From contig JAQGDQ010002394.1 in NCBI GenBank assembly GCA_030141605.1, forward strand, positions 57,801 through 121,800: a DNA stretch of 64,000 nucleotides. The letters run 5' to 3'. The notes beneath the pieces were generated by a model. That model ran no database searches. It was not told the origin of the DNA and saw only the letters and a list, made by a program, of their open reading frames with translations. Source of the DNA: Tubiluchus corallicola (taxonomy: Eukaryota > Animalia > Priapulida). A program made the position numbers and the translations under genes. The first letter of the stretch is position 1, and each line of letters opens with the position of its first letter. Positions 49,062 to 57,949 of this stretch are shown here, one piece after another.

Positions 49062-49094
49062 TTTGTTTTTTTCCTGCGAAAACACATATATTTG
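49062..49094 (+). promoter_or_regulatory. hup promoter TTTG-N21-TATATTTG
   Basis: Both Bacteroidota consensus elements present. Confidence 0.75.
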
Positions 49095-49146
49095 CTATTG
49101 TTATATACAAATTTAATTTTATTGTTTAATTGTAAAAATTTAAATT

Positions 49147-49419
49147 ATGAACAAAGCACAATTAATAGATGCTGTTGCTGCAGCAACAGATCTATCCAAA
49201 GCAGCATCTAAACAAGCGATAGATTCTGTTCTCGAATCTATAAGCAAGGCTTTACAAAGTGGAGATCGTGTAGCTTTGGTTGGATTTGGTTCTTTCTCAG
49301 TTTCAGAACGTAGTGCAAGAGCTGGTAGAAATCCTCAAACAGGAGCTCCTATTCAAATAGCTGCTAAAAAGGTAGTAAAATTCAAGCCAGGTGCAGAACT
49401 AAGTGATGCAGTTAATTAA
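49147..49419 (+). CDS. hup: DNA-binding protein HU
   Basis: MNKAQLI...LVGFGSF....R.AR.GRNPQTG...I.A....KFKPG. Confidence 0.97.
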   Translation: MNKAQLIDAVAAATDLSKAASKQAIDSVLESISKALQSGDRVALVGFGSFSVSERSARAGRNPQTGAPIQIAAKKVVKFKPGAELSDAVN

Positions 49420-49443
49420 AAAGCATTTTATCTAAAGAACTCT

Positions 49444-49494
49444 AACAAAAAAGAGTATTGTAATACAACTACTACAATGCTCTTTTTGTTTTTT
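49444..49494 (+). terminator. Terminator after hup
   Basis: AAAAAGAGTATTGTA ... TACAATGCTCTTTTT stem followed by a T run. Confidence 0.75.
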
Positions 49495-49519
49495 AATTCA
49501 ATTATTTACAAAAAAATAG

Positions 49520-49527
49520 TACTTTTG
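49520..49527 (+). promoter_or_regulatory. -7 element TACTTTTG for the leader and the aromatic operon
   Basis: TAnnTTTG match downstream of the hup terminator, 24 nt before the leader ATG. Confidence 0.7.
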
Positions 49528-49551
49528 CAATATTTAGTACAAGCATTATAT

Positions 49552-49626
49552 ATGGAAATGGAAATGTTGTATAATAACAGCAAATATTACTTTTATTTTA
49601 GCATCCCACGAGGGACTGTTATGTAA
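49552..49626 (+). CDS. Tyr/Phe-rich attenuator leader peptide MEMEMLYNNSKYYFYFSIPRGTVM
   Basis: 24-codon ORF with five consecutive Tyr/Phe codons (49585-49599) immediately before the alternative RNA structures; alternative ATGs at 49558 and 49564. Confidence 0.85.
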   Translation: MEMEMLYNNSKYYFYFSIPRGTVM

Positions 49627-49679
49627 TACTATTATATTGCATTATTAAAAGTCCCTTATAACAAAGGGACTTTTTTTTT
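49600..49679 (+). promoter_or_regulatory. Transcription attenuator (1:2 protector, 2:3 antiterminator, 3:4 terminator)
   Basis: TCCC/GGGA hairpin at 49600-49620; AGGGACT (49611-17) complements AGTCCCT (49650-56); terminator AAAAGTCCCTT-ataaca-AAGGGACTTTTTTTTT. Confidence 0.85.
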
Positions 49680-49695
49680 ATTTTAAAATAACGAA

Positions 49696-50550
49696 ATGAG
49701 TACAGAGCAAGATAAATTGAAAGTAGCTATACAAGGTATAGAGGGTTCGTTCCACGATATTGCCACGCAAAAATATTTTGGAAAAGACAATATAGAGCTG
49801 ATACCAAACCATACTTTTGAGCAGTTGTTCAATACTACCCAAAACAGACACAACCACAAAGCAGTAGTAGCCATAGAAAACACTGTAGCAGGCACATTAC
49901 TGCCTAATTATAGAATGCTTAAAGAATCTAAGCTAAAAATAACAGGTGAAGTATACCTTCGCATAGAACAAAATCTTATAGCTCATAAAGGACAAACGAT
50001 GAACACCATTGAAGAGGTTCAATCGCACTATATGGCAATTAACCAGTGTAGAAAATATTTGCAACAATATCCAGACTTAAAACTCACAGAAACAGAAGAT
50101 ACAGCTCTTAGTATCAAAGAAATAAAGGAACAAAATCTTATTCACATAGCAGGTATTGGACACTCGAAAGTAGCTGAAATATACGATTTAGAAATAATAG
50201 CCAAAGGCATAGAAACCAATAAAAAAAACTATACTCGTTTCCTTGTGATAGAAAAAGAAGCCAATAAAGATTATGACAATATCAACAAGGCTTCTATTGT
50301 TTTTAGTTTACCACATAGCATTGGAAGTCTTTCTAAAGTATTATCTATTATTACTTTTTACGACATCAACCTAACCAAAATAGAGTCCCTGCCCATAGTA
50401 GGCAAGGAATGGGCTTATCAGTTTTATGCAGATATGACCTTTGGGAAATATCAACGCTATCAAGAAGTGTTACAAGCCATAAAGCCCCTTACTGAAGAGA
50501 TGCAAATACTTGGAGAATACATAGAAGGGGAGAAATATATAAATAGTTAA
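49696..50550 (+). CDS. pheA: Prephenate dehydratase
   Basis: AIQG..GSFH, AIEN..AG, SH.MA..QC, DTA, NYTRF, C-terminal ACT domain (NLTKIESLP). Confidence 0.93.
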   Translation: MSTEQDKLKVAIQGIEGSFHDIATQKYFGKDNIELIPNHTFEQLFNTTQNRHNHKAVVAIENTVAGTLLPNYRMLKESKLKITGEVYLRIEQNLIAHKGQTMNTIEEVQSHYMAINQCRKYLQQYPDLKLTETEDTALSIKEIKEQNLIHIAGIGHSKVAEIYDLEIIAKGIETNKKNYTRFLVIEKEANKDYDNINKASIVFSLPHSIGSLSKVLSIITFYDINLTKIESLPIVGKEWAYQFYADMTFGKYQRYQEVLQAIKPLTEEMQILGEYIEGEKYINS

Positions 50551-50557
50551 AAGACCT

Positions 50558-51718
50558 ATGACTATACAGCCAGCCAATAGAATAAACAATGTTGCAGAAT
50601 ATTATTTCTCACAAAAGTTAAAAGAAATAGCTCGCAGAAAAGAACAGGGACAAAATATTCTTAATCTTGGAATAGGCAATCCTGATTTGCCACCTGCTTC
50701 AGAAACAATAAAAACACTTGTAACCGAAGCACAAAAACCTGCTACACACGGTTATCAACCCTATGTAGGCATACCCGAATTACGACAAGCATTTGTACAA
50801 TGGTATAAAAAGTATTTTGATGTAAGGCTTAACCCCGAAAATGAAGTGCTACCACTCATAGGCTCAAAAGAAGGAATAATGCACATATCACTTGCCTACC
50901 TCAACCCCAATGATACAGTGTTGATACCCAACCCTGCTTACCCCACCTACGAAGCCGTAGCAAAGTTGGTAGAAGCTAATATTATTAAATACAACTTAAA
51001 AGAAGAAAACAACTGGTATCCTAATTTCAAAGAGATAGAGCAACACGACCTTACAAAAGTAAAGTTAATGTGGGTCAATTATCCCAATATGCCAACAGGA
51101 ACACCTGCTACATCAAAACTTTTAGAAGACCTTATAGCATTTGGCAAAAAGCACAACATACTTATTTGCAACGACAACCCTTACAGTTTTATACTAAACG
51201 ACAAACAACATAGCATACTATCCGTAGAAGGTGCAAAGGATACAGCCCTTGAACTCAATTCCCTTAGCAAGTCGCACAATATGGCAGGCTGGCGTATAGG
51301 AATGGTAGCCAGTAGTCCCGAAATAACCAACAACATACTCAAAGTAAAAAGCAATATGGATTCAGGAATGTTTCGTCCTTTGCAAGTTGCAGCCGTAAAA
51401 GCCCTCAACACAGATGAAAACTGGTATAAAACTATCAACCAAACCTATGAAAAAAGAAAAAAAATAGTGTGGCAAATATACGATACACTCCAATGTACCT
51501 ACAAGAAAAACCAAGTAGGGATGTTCGTATGGGCAAAAATACCCACTAACTACAAAAATGCGATAGAATTGACAGATAAAATACTTGATAAAGCCCACGT
51601 GTTTATAACACCAGCCAGTATATTTGGCTCAAATGGAGAGCAATATGTAAGAATATCCCTCTGCTCAAAAGAAGAAACGCTACAAAAAGCAATAAAAAGA
51701 ATAAAAGAAAACTTATAG
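50558..51718 (+). CDS. Class I/II PLP aminotransferase, probably aromatic or prephenate aminotransferase by context
   Basis: NLGIG.PD, GSKEG, NYPNMPTG, NDNPY, SLSKSHNMAGWR (PLP lysine). Confidence 0.85.
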   Translation: MTIQPANRINNVAEYYFSQKLKEIARRKEQGQNILNLGIGNPDLPPASETIKTLVTEAQKPATHGYQPYVGIPELRQAFVQWYKKYFDVRLNPENEVLPLIGSKEGIMHISLAYLNPNDTVLIPNPAYPTYEAVAKLVEANIIKYNLKEENNWYPNFKEIEQHDLTKVKLMWVNYPNMPTGTPATSKLLEDLIAFGKKHNILICNDNPYSFILNDKQHSILSVEGAKDTALELNSLSKSHNMAGWRIGMVASSPEITNNILKVKSNMDSGMFRPLQVAAVKALNTDENWYKTINQTYEKRKKIVWQIYDTLQCTYKKNQVGMFVWAKIPTNYKNAIELTDKILDKAHVFITPASIFGSNGEQYVRISLCSKEETLQKAIKRIKENL

Positions 51719-51795
51719 ATTAAATTTCATTTACATTATGAGTTTGATAGAACAATCTTTTAAAGATAAATAATAGAGAGAGAAAAAATAAACAT

Positions 51796-52635
51796 ATGAA
51801 AGTAACTATAATAGGCTTAGGCTTGATGGGTGGTTCTGCAGCCATAGACCTCAAACGAAGAGGCTTTGCTACGGAGGTGATAGGTGTGGATAATGACAGG
51901 CTACACTGTAATTTAGCCCAGCAGATAGGCTTTGTAGATAGTATATTGCCTTTAGAGGAGGCTATAAATAAGACTGATTTTATTATAGTGTCTGTTCCTG
52001 TGGATGCTTGCGTGCAGTTGCTTCCCAAAGTACTTGATGTTGTTGAAAATCAAACAGTAACAGACTTTTGCTCTACCAAATACAACATAGTAGAAGCAGT
52101 GAAAAACCACCCTAAACGACAAAACTATGTCCCTTCGCACCCTATGGCAGGTACAGAGTACTCAGGACCTACGGCTGCTGTGCCTAACCTGTTTGATGGT
52201 AAATGTGCCATTATCTGCGATACACATATATCAAACAAAACAGCTATAGAAACAGTAAAAACGATGTATGACACACTCAATATGCCGTGCGTAGAAATGG
52301 AATCGGCCAAACACGACGAGCATACTGCTTATGTTTCACACATATCACACATCAGTTCATTTGCCTTAGCACTTACGGTGCTTGAAAAGGAGAAGGATGA
52401 AAAAAATATATTCAACCTTGCCAGTGGAGGCTTTGCTTCTACTGTAAGACTTGCTAAAAGCTCTCCGGATATGTGGTCGCCTATATTTCAGCACAACCAA
52501 AAAAATATACTTACGGTATTAGAAACTTATATAGAAAAGCTAAACCAGTTTAAAAGCGGCATAAAAAACAAAGACAACAAAGAAATTCATAACCTAATCG
52601 ATAAATCAAATAAAATTAAACGAATATTAAACTAA
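51796..52635 (+). CDS. tyrA: Prephenate (or arogenate) dehydrogenase
   Basis: IIGLGLMGGS Rossmann motif, D..STK, HPMAGTE.SG, HD...A.VSH..H, RLA.SSP.MW. Confidence 0.92.
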   Translation: MKVTIIGLGLMGGSAAIDLKRRGFATEVIGVDNDRLHCNLAQQIGFVDSILPLEEAINKTDFIIVSVPVDACVQLLPKVLDVVENQTVTDFCSTKYNIVEAVKNHPKRQNYVPSHPMAGTEYSGPTAAVPNLFDGKCAIICDTHISNKTAIETVKTMYDTLNMPCVEMESAKHDEHTAYVSHISHISSFALALTVLEKEKDEKNIFNLASGGFASTVRLAKSSPDMWSPIFQHNQKNILTVLETYIEKLNQFKSGIKNKDNKEIHNLIDKSNKIKRILN

Positions 52636-52662
52636 ATTAAACGAATATAAACAACTACTATT

Positions 52663-53751
52663 ATGAAAACGAAATTTGACATATTACCCATAGAAAAATG
52701 GGGATTATCTACTACTGAAAAACCTTTGATAATAGCAGGTCCTTGCAGTGCAGAAACCGAAGAACAAGTGATGGAAACTGCTACCCAACTTAAAGAAGCA
52801 GGAATAAAGATATTTAGAGCAGGTATATGGAAACCTCGTACACGCCCCAATGCTTTTGAAGGTATGGGAGTAAAAGGACTTCCTTGGCTCAAAAGAGTGA
52901 AAAAAGAACTGGGAATGTTTACAGCCACGGAGGTAGCTAACGCACAGCACGTAGAAGAAGCCTTAAAAGCCGAAGTAGACATACTTTGGATAGGGGCAAG
53001 AACTACTGTAAGCCCATTTGCTGCACAAGAAATAGCCGATGCTATCAAGGGAATAGATAACCCTATATTGGTGAAAAACCCCGTAAACCCTGACTTACAA
53101 CTATGGCTTGGAGCATTGGAGCGTATTCATCTTGCAGGGATAAAAAAATTGGCAGTAATACATAGGGGCTTTACTACATTCAAAAAAATGAAGTATAGAA
53201 ACATACCTCAATGGCAATTGCCCATAGAGTTGAAACGACTGCACCCTGAAATACCAGTAATCTGCGACCCCAGCCATATAGCAGGCGAAAGAAGATATAT
53301 AGAAGAAATATCTCAAAAGGCATTAGACCTCAACTTTGAAGGACTGATAATAGAATCGCATAACAATCCAAATAAAGCATTGAGCGATGCATCACAACAA
53401 GTTACCCCAGTGCAGCTCAAAGAAATACTATCGAAACTAGTGTTAAGACAGGCTGATACAAAGAATAAAGCTGTGAAAAATACATTAAATGAATTGAGAC
53501 ATATTATTGACAAGTTTGATGAGGAAATACTACAAGTTTTGTCAGATAGATTCAATGTTTCACAAACGATAGGGCATTACAAGAAAGAAAACAACCTGAC
53601 GATATTGCAAGAAGGACGCTGGCAAGAGCTATTAAATAATAGACTAAAACGCGGCAAAGAACTAGGGTTGGACGCTACGTTTGTAGAGGCTGTTTTTAAA
53701 ACTATCCACCAAGAGTCTATCAACAAGCAAGAAAAGGTAATGAATAACTAA
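52663..53751 (+). CDS. Bifunctional DAHP synthase (type Ibeta) / C-terminal chorismate mutase
   Basis: IAGPCSAE, WKPRT, WIGART, HRGF, DPSH, ALSD; LR..ID..D..I...L..R AroQ tail. Confidence 0.92.
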   Translation: MKTKFDILPIEKWGLSTTEKPLIIAGPCSAETEEQVMETATQLKEAGIKIFRAGIWKPRTRPNAFEGMGVKGLPWLKRVKKELGMFTATEVANAQHVEEALKAEVDILWIGARTTVSPFAAQEIADAIKGIDNPILVKNPVNPDLQLWLGALERIHLAGIKKLAVIHRGFTTFKKMKYRNIPQWQLPIELKRLHPEIPVICDPSHIAGERRYIEEISQKALDLNFEGLIIESHNNPNKALSDASQQVTPVQLKEILSKLVLRQADTKNKAVKNTLNELRHIIDKFDEEILQVLSDRFNVSQTIGHYKKENNLTILQEGRWQELLNNRLKRGKELGLDATFVEAVFKTIHQESINKQEKVMNN

Positions 53752-53782
53752 AAATATATATAGTATAGGTTATTTTTGAAGA

Positions 53783-55144
53783 TTAATTAAATAGATAACT
53801 TAATTGATTCGCAGTAGTAAAGTAAATAAATAGTCCTACAATGTCGTTCACTGTTTGAATAAAGGGGCCTGTCGCAAGAGCGGGGTCTACCTTCCACCTA
53901 TTGAGCATAATAGGTACAAATGTGCCAAATAGCGAGGCAAATACAATTACTACTGTTAATGAAAGGCTTACAATAATAGCCAAGCTCAGCGAGTCGTTGA
54001 AAAAATAATTGTATGCAAACAAAAGAGCGGACAACACTGTAGCATTAAGCATAGAAATAATAAATTCTTTGAGAAATTTTTGCCATGTGTGCTCTAATTT
54101 TAGTGTGTGGTTAGCTATACTTTGCACTACGATAGCAGATGACTGCACACCTGCATTTCCTCCCATTGCTCCATTTAGTGGAATAAAAAAAACAAGCATA
54201 GAAGACAACACAATGGCAGTTTCGTAAGAGGCAATAACCATAGAGTTTAACACTCCTCCAAATAGACCAATTAATAACCAAGGGAAACGAACACGGGTTT
54301 GTCTCCAAATTTTGTCAGATGATTCTACTGTTTCTGTTAAACCTGATGCCAAGTTATAATCTTTTTCTGCTCGTTCTTTTATTACATCTACCACATCATC
54401 TATAGTAATGCGTCCTACTAATCTTCCTATATTATCTACTACGGGCAAGGCTATAAGGTCATATTTTTCCATTATTTTGGCTACTTTTTCTTTGGTGGTA
54501 TCAGTGCTAACCAAATGTAATGTTTCGTTAAATATGTTTGAGAGTTTTGTATTAGTGGCACTTAGCAGTAGTTTTTTTAGAGAAAGAGTCCCTTTTAATA
54601 TGTTGTTGTTATCTACTATATATACATAGTAGATTTCTTTGATATCTTCAGCTTGCTTTCCCATTTCTTTTAAGCAGGTTGCTACTGTCCAATTTTCGTT
54701 TACCACCACTAATTCTTTTGCCATTAAGCCACCTGCGGTGTCTTCGTCATAACGTAATAAATCTACAATATCGCCTGCTTGTTCTACGTCATCTATCTGC
54801 GAAAGCACTTCTTCTTTTTGAGCTGATGGCATATCGCCAATAATATCAGCAGCATCATCTGATTCTATATTGTCAAGGTATTCTTTGGCAATAATTTCGC
54901 TTGGAAGAACTTTAAGGAGTTCTACTCTTTCCTCTTCTTCTAATTCTACTAATACATTAGCAGCTTTGTCTTTTTCTAATAAGGTAAATAGATGCTTGGC
55001 TTCTTCTGGAGGTATCTCTTCGCACACATCAGCAATATCTGCGGGGTGCAAACTTTCTAATATTTGTTTGACACTTTTGTCTTCTTGCGTGCTGATAAGT
55101 TTCCTCAGTTTATCAATATTTTCTTTGGTTAGTTCAAAGTGCAT
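53783..55144 (-). CDS. mgtE: Magnesium transporter MgtE
   Basis: HPADIA, DDAAD, TAGGLM, CBS pair, R.PWL, MGGN.G.Q, DPALATGPF..T.ND. Confidence 0.95.
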   Translation of the reverse strand: MHFELTKENIDKLRKLISTQEDKSVKQILESLHPADIADVCEEIPPEEAKHLFTLLEKDKAANVLVELEEEERVELLKVLPSEIIAKEYLDNIESDDAADIIGDMPSAQKEEVLSQIDDVEQAGDIVDLLRYDEDTAGGLMAKELVVVNENWTVATCLKEMGKQAEDIKEIYYVYIVDNNNILKGTLSLKKLLLSATNTKLSNIFNETLHLVSTDTTKEKVAKIMEKYDLIALPVVDNIGRLVGRITIDDVVDVIKERAEKDYNLASGLTETVESSDKIWRQTRVRFPWLLIGLFGGVLNSMVIASYETAIVLSSMLVFFIPLNGAMGGNAGVQSSAIVVQSIANHTLKLEHTWQKFLKEFIISMLNATVLSALLFAYNYFFNDSLSLAIIVSLSLTVVIVFASLFGTFVPIMLNRWKVDPALATGPFIQTVNDIVGLFIYFTTANQLSYLFN

Positions 55145-55155
55145 ATCAACTATGT

Positions 55156-55932
55156 TTAGAGGGTTGTTAATTGTTTTACAAATTTAGTAATATAAATGAA
55201 TTCGTCTATGCTTAATTGTTCAGGACGTTTTTCAAAAATACTATTCTGTAAAACTTTTGTGTTAACTATGTTTTTCAAGGAATTTCTCATCATTTTTCGG
55301 CGCTGGTTAAAGCTCGTTTTTACTATGGTAAAAAACAACTTTTCATCATAATCTACTACCCTTGTATTGTCTCTTGTCAATCTTATCACAGCTGATTTTA
55401 CCTTTGGGGGTGGCACAAATGCATGTTCGCTTACAGTGAATAGATACTCTATTTTATAGTGAGCTTGTAGCAATACACTTAATATGCCATATTGTTTGTT
55501 TCCCTCGGGAGAGCTTATTCGTTCTGCAACTTCTTTTTGTATCATACATACAACCTCATTTATGGAGTCTTTGTTTTCTAATATTCTAAAAAATATCTGA
55601 CTAGAGATATTATAAGGAAAGTTGCCTATAATATTAAAAGAGGCTTTGAATAGCTGTTTTATATCTATCTTTAAAAAGTCTCCTAAAATAATCTTCCCTT
55701 GCAAGTTGGGGTAATGTTGCTCCAAGTAAGATATAGATTCTTTGTCTATGTCTATTACTTGTAGATTGATCCCTTTTTTTTGTGTTAAAAACTGGGTTAA
55801 AGCACCTGTTCCAGCTCCTATCTCCAAAATATTTTGAGTACTATCAGAAAGGCTGTTGGTTATTTTTTGAGCAATATTTTTATCCCTCAAAAAATGTTGT
55901 CCAAGATGTTTTTTGGGTTGTATATTTTGCAT
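55156..55932 (-). CDS. rsmA: 16S rRNA dimethyltransferase KsgA
   Basis: KKHLGQHFL, LEIG.G.G.LT, GNFPYNIS, QKEVAER, F.PPPKV.S, QRRK. Confidence 0.96.
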   Translation of the reverse strand: MQNIQPKKHLGQHFLRDKNIAQKITNSLSDSTQNILEIGAGTGALTQFLTQKKGINLQVIDIDKESISYLEQHYPNLQGKIILGDFLKIDIKQLFKASFNIIGNFPYNISSQIFFRILENKDSINEVVCMIQKEVAERISSPEGNKQYGILSVLLQAHYKIEYLFTVSEHAFVPPPKVKSAVIRLTRDNTRVVDYDEKLFFTIVKTSFNQRRKMMRNSLKNIVNTKVLQNSIFEKRPEQLSIDEFIYITKFVKQLTTL

Positions 55933-55934
55933 TA

Positions 55935-56468
55935 TTATTTATTTTTCCACTGATTAAACATTTCCCACAAAGTGATACCTGCACATACTGATATATTGAG
56001 CGAGTGTTTTGTGCCAAGTTGGGGTATTTCAACACATATATCACTTGCAGTGATTATATTATCCTCCACTCCTTTCACCTCGTTGCCAAAAACAAGGGCA
56101 TACCTTTCATTTTCCTTTACTTCAAAATCATTCAACACAGTGCTATTGGTTGTTTGCTCTACGGAAACAATTTTATACCCCTCTTTTTTCAATTTTTGTA
56201 TGACATCTATTGTGTTTTTATAATATTCCCACAATACAGTATTTTCTGCCCCTATGGCTGTTTTATGTATTTCTTTATTAGGGGGGCAAGCACAGATACC
56301 ACACAGGTAAATTTTTTCAATAAGAAAGGCATCGCAAGTACGAAAAACAGAGCCTATGTTATTCATACTTCGCACATTATCCAGCACTACTGCCATAGGA
56401 ATTTTAGAAGCTTTTTTAAATTCTTCTTCTGTTTTTCTATTTAGTTCATTTAAATTCAGTTTTCTCAT
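55935..56468 (-). CDS. TrmH/SpoU family RNA methyltransferase
   Basis: LDNVRS..N.GS.FRT.DAF, FGNEV.G, IPQ.G.KHSLN.SV. Confidence 0.9.
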   Translation of the reverse strand: MRKLNLNELNRKTEEEFKKASKIPMAVVLDNVRSMNNIGSVFRTCDAFLIEKIYLCGICACPPNKEIHKTAIGAENTVLWEYYKNTIDVIQKLKKEGYKIVSVEQTTNSTVLNDFEVKENERYALVFGNEVKGVEDNIITASDICVEIPQLGTKHSLNISVCAGITLWEMFNQWKNK

Positions 56469-56569
56469 GGGGAAAATTTATTTCATAAAAAGTAAATAAA
56501 GATAAATTAAAATATGTTATTTTAGCGTCAACTAAAATATAATGTATTAAAAAAACATAATTTAATCAA

Positions 56570-57763
56570 ATGAATATACACGAATACCAAGCAAAAGCGC
56601 TTTTGAAAAGGTATGATGTGCCTGTTCCTTATGGGAAGGTGGTACTTGAAACAGCAAATGCAGTAGCTACTGCTAAAAGAGTTACCGAAAAAACTGATAA
56701 ACAAGGTTGGGCTGTAAAAGCACAAATACATGCAGGAGGTCGAGGGAAAGGGGGAGGAGTAAAGATAGCTAAAACTTTGGAGGAGGTGGAGCAATATACT
56801 AAGCAAATTTTGGGGATGCAACTTGTTACTCCTCAAACAGGTGCTGAAGGTAAGAAAGTAAATAGGGTGTTGATAGAGCAAAACATATATTATCAAGGAG
56901 TAAGCCAACCTGAGGAGTTTTATATGAGCGTGTTGCTTGACCGTAGTAGTGGTAGAAATATTATTATGTATTCTACAGAAGGGGGAATGGATATAGAAAC
57001 TGTAGCAGAAAAAACTCCACACCTTATATATAAAGAAGAAATAAACCCTTCTTTTGGACTATTGCCTTTCCAAGCACGTAAGATAGCCTTCAACCTTGGG
57101 CTAAGTGGCGATGCTTTTAAGAAAATGGTACAATTTGTTATCAGTCTTTATAATGCTTATGTAAAGTCTGATGCTTCGTTGTTGGAAATTAATCCTTTGT
57201 TTAAAACAGCTGATAATCAAGTGTTAGCGGCAGATGCTAAGATAAGTTTGGACGATAACGCTATGTATAGGCATAGGACATATGCGGATATGAGGGATAC
57301 TACTGAAGAAGATCCTGCAGAAATAGAAGCAGCAAAGTATAGCCTCAATTTTATTAAGTTGGATGGTAATGTGGGGTGTATGGTCAATGGAGCAGGACTG
57401 GCAATGGCTACTATGGATATCATCAAGTTATATGGTGGTAACCCTGCCAACTTTCTTGATGTGGGTGGGGCAGCGAGTGCGGAAACGGTGAAGGCAGGAT
57501 TAGAAATTATCCTTAAAGACCCAAATGTAAAGGCGATACTTATTAACATATTTGGAGGTATTGTACGCTGCGATCGCGTGGCTAAGGGAATAGTAGAGGC
57601 TTACAAAGCTATTGGCACAATAGAAGTTCCCGTTATTGTAAGGTTGCAGGGGACTAATGCTCAAGAGGCGAAAGAAATAATAGATAGTTCTGGGTTGAAA
57701 GTTCGCTCTGCCATTACTCTTAAAGAAGCTGCTAATCTTGTGAAAAAAGAGGTAAATAAATAA
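56570..57763 (+). CDS. sucC: Succinyl-CoA synthetase beta subunit
   Basis: MNIHEYQAK, KAQIHAGGRGKGGG, EGGMDIE, EINPL, GCMVNGAGLAM, NFLDVGG, NIFGGIVRCD. Confidence 0.97.
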   Translation: MNIHEYQAKALLKRYDVPVPYGKVVLETANAVATAKRVTEKTDKQGWAVKAQIHAGGRGKGGGVKIAKTLEEVEQYTKQILGMQLVTPQTGAEGKKVNRVLIEQNIYYQGVSQPEEFYMSVLLDRSSGRNIIMYSTEGGMDIETVAEKTPHLIYKEEINPSFGLLPFQARKIAFNLGLSGDAFKKMVQFVISLYNAYVKSDASLLEINPLFKTADNQVLAADAKISLDDNAMYRHRTYADMRDTTEEDPAEIEAAKYSLNFIKLDGNVGCMVNGAGLAMATMDIIKLYGGNPANFLDVGGAASAETVKAGLEIILKDPNVKAILINIFGGIVRCDRVAKGIVEAYKAIGTIEVPVIVRLQGTNAQEAKEIIDSSGLKVRSAITLKEAANLVKKEVNK

Positions 57764-57807
57764 AGAGAGGAGATATATTAAGAGTTAGTAGTAAGTATTA
57801 CCTTATC

Positions 57808-57835
57808 ATTTATGCCTGCATTTGCAGGCATAAAT
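57808..57835 (+). terminator. Hairpin directly after sucC
   Basis: ATTTATGCCTGCA-tt-TGCAGGCATAAAT perfect inverted repeat. Confidence 0.65.
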
Positions 57836-57949
57836 TTGTTCCGTGTCGTTTTTCTTTCCAATACATTTTTTCTTTTTTTTTGAGAGATTTAGTTAAAATA
57901 GTATATATTGTATTATTGTTTTTTTAGAACTATTATAGCTTGAATTTTT

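Noticed and set aside
49528-49695. T-box or metabolite riboswitch upstream of pheA
   Set aside because: Too short, no T-box UGGNACC motif, and fully explained by leader-peptide attenuation
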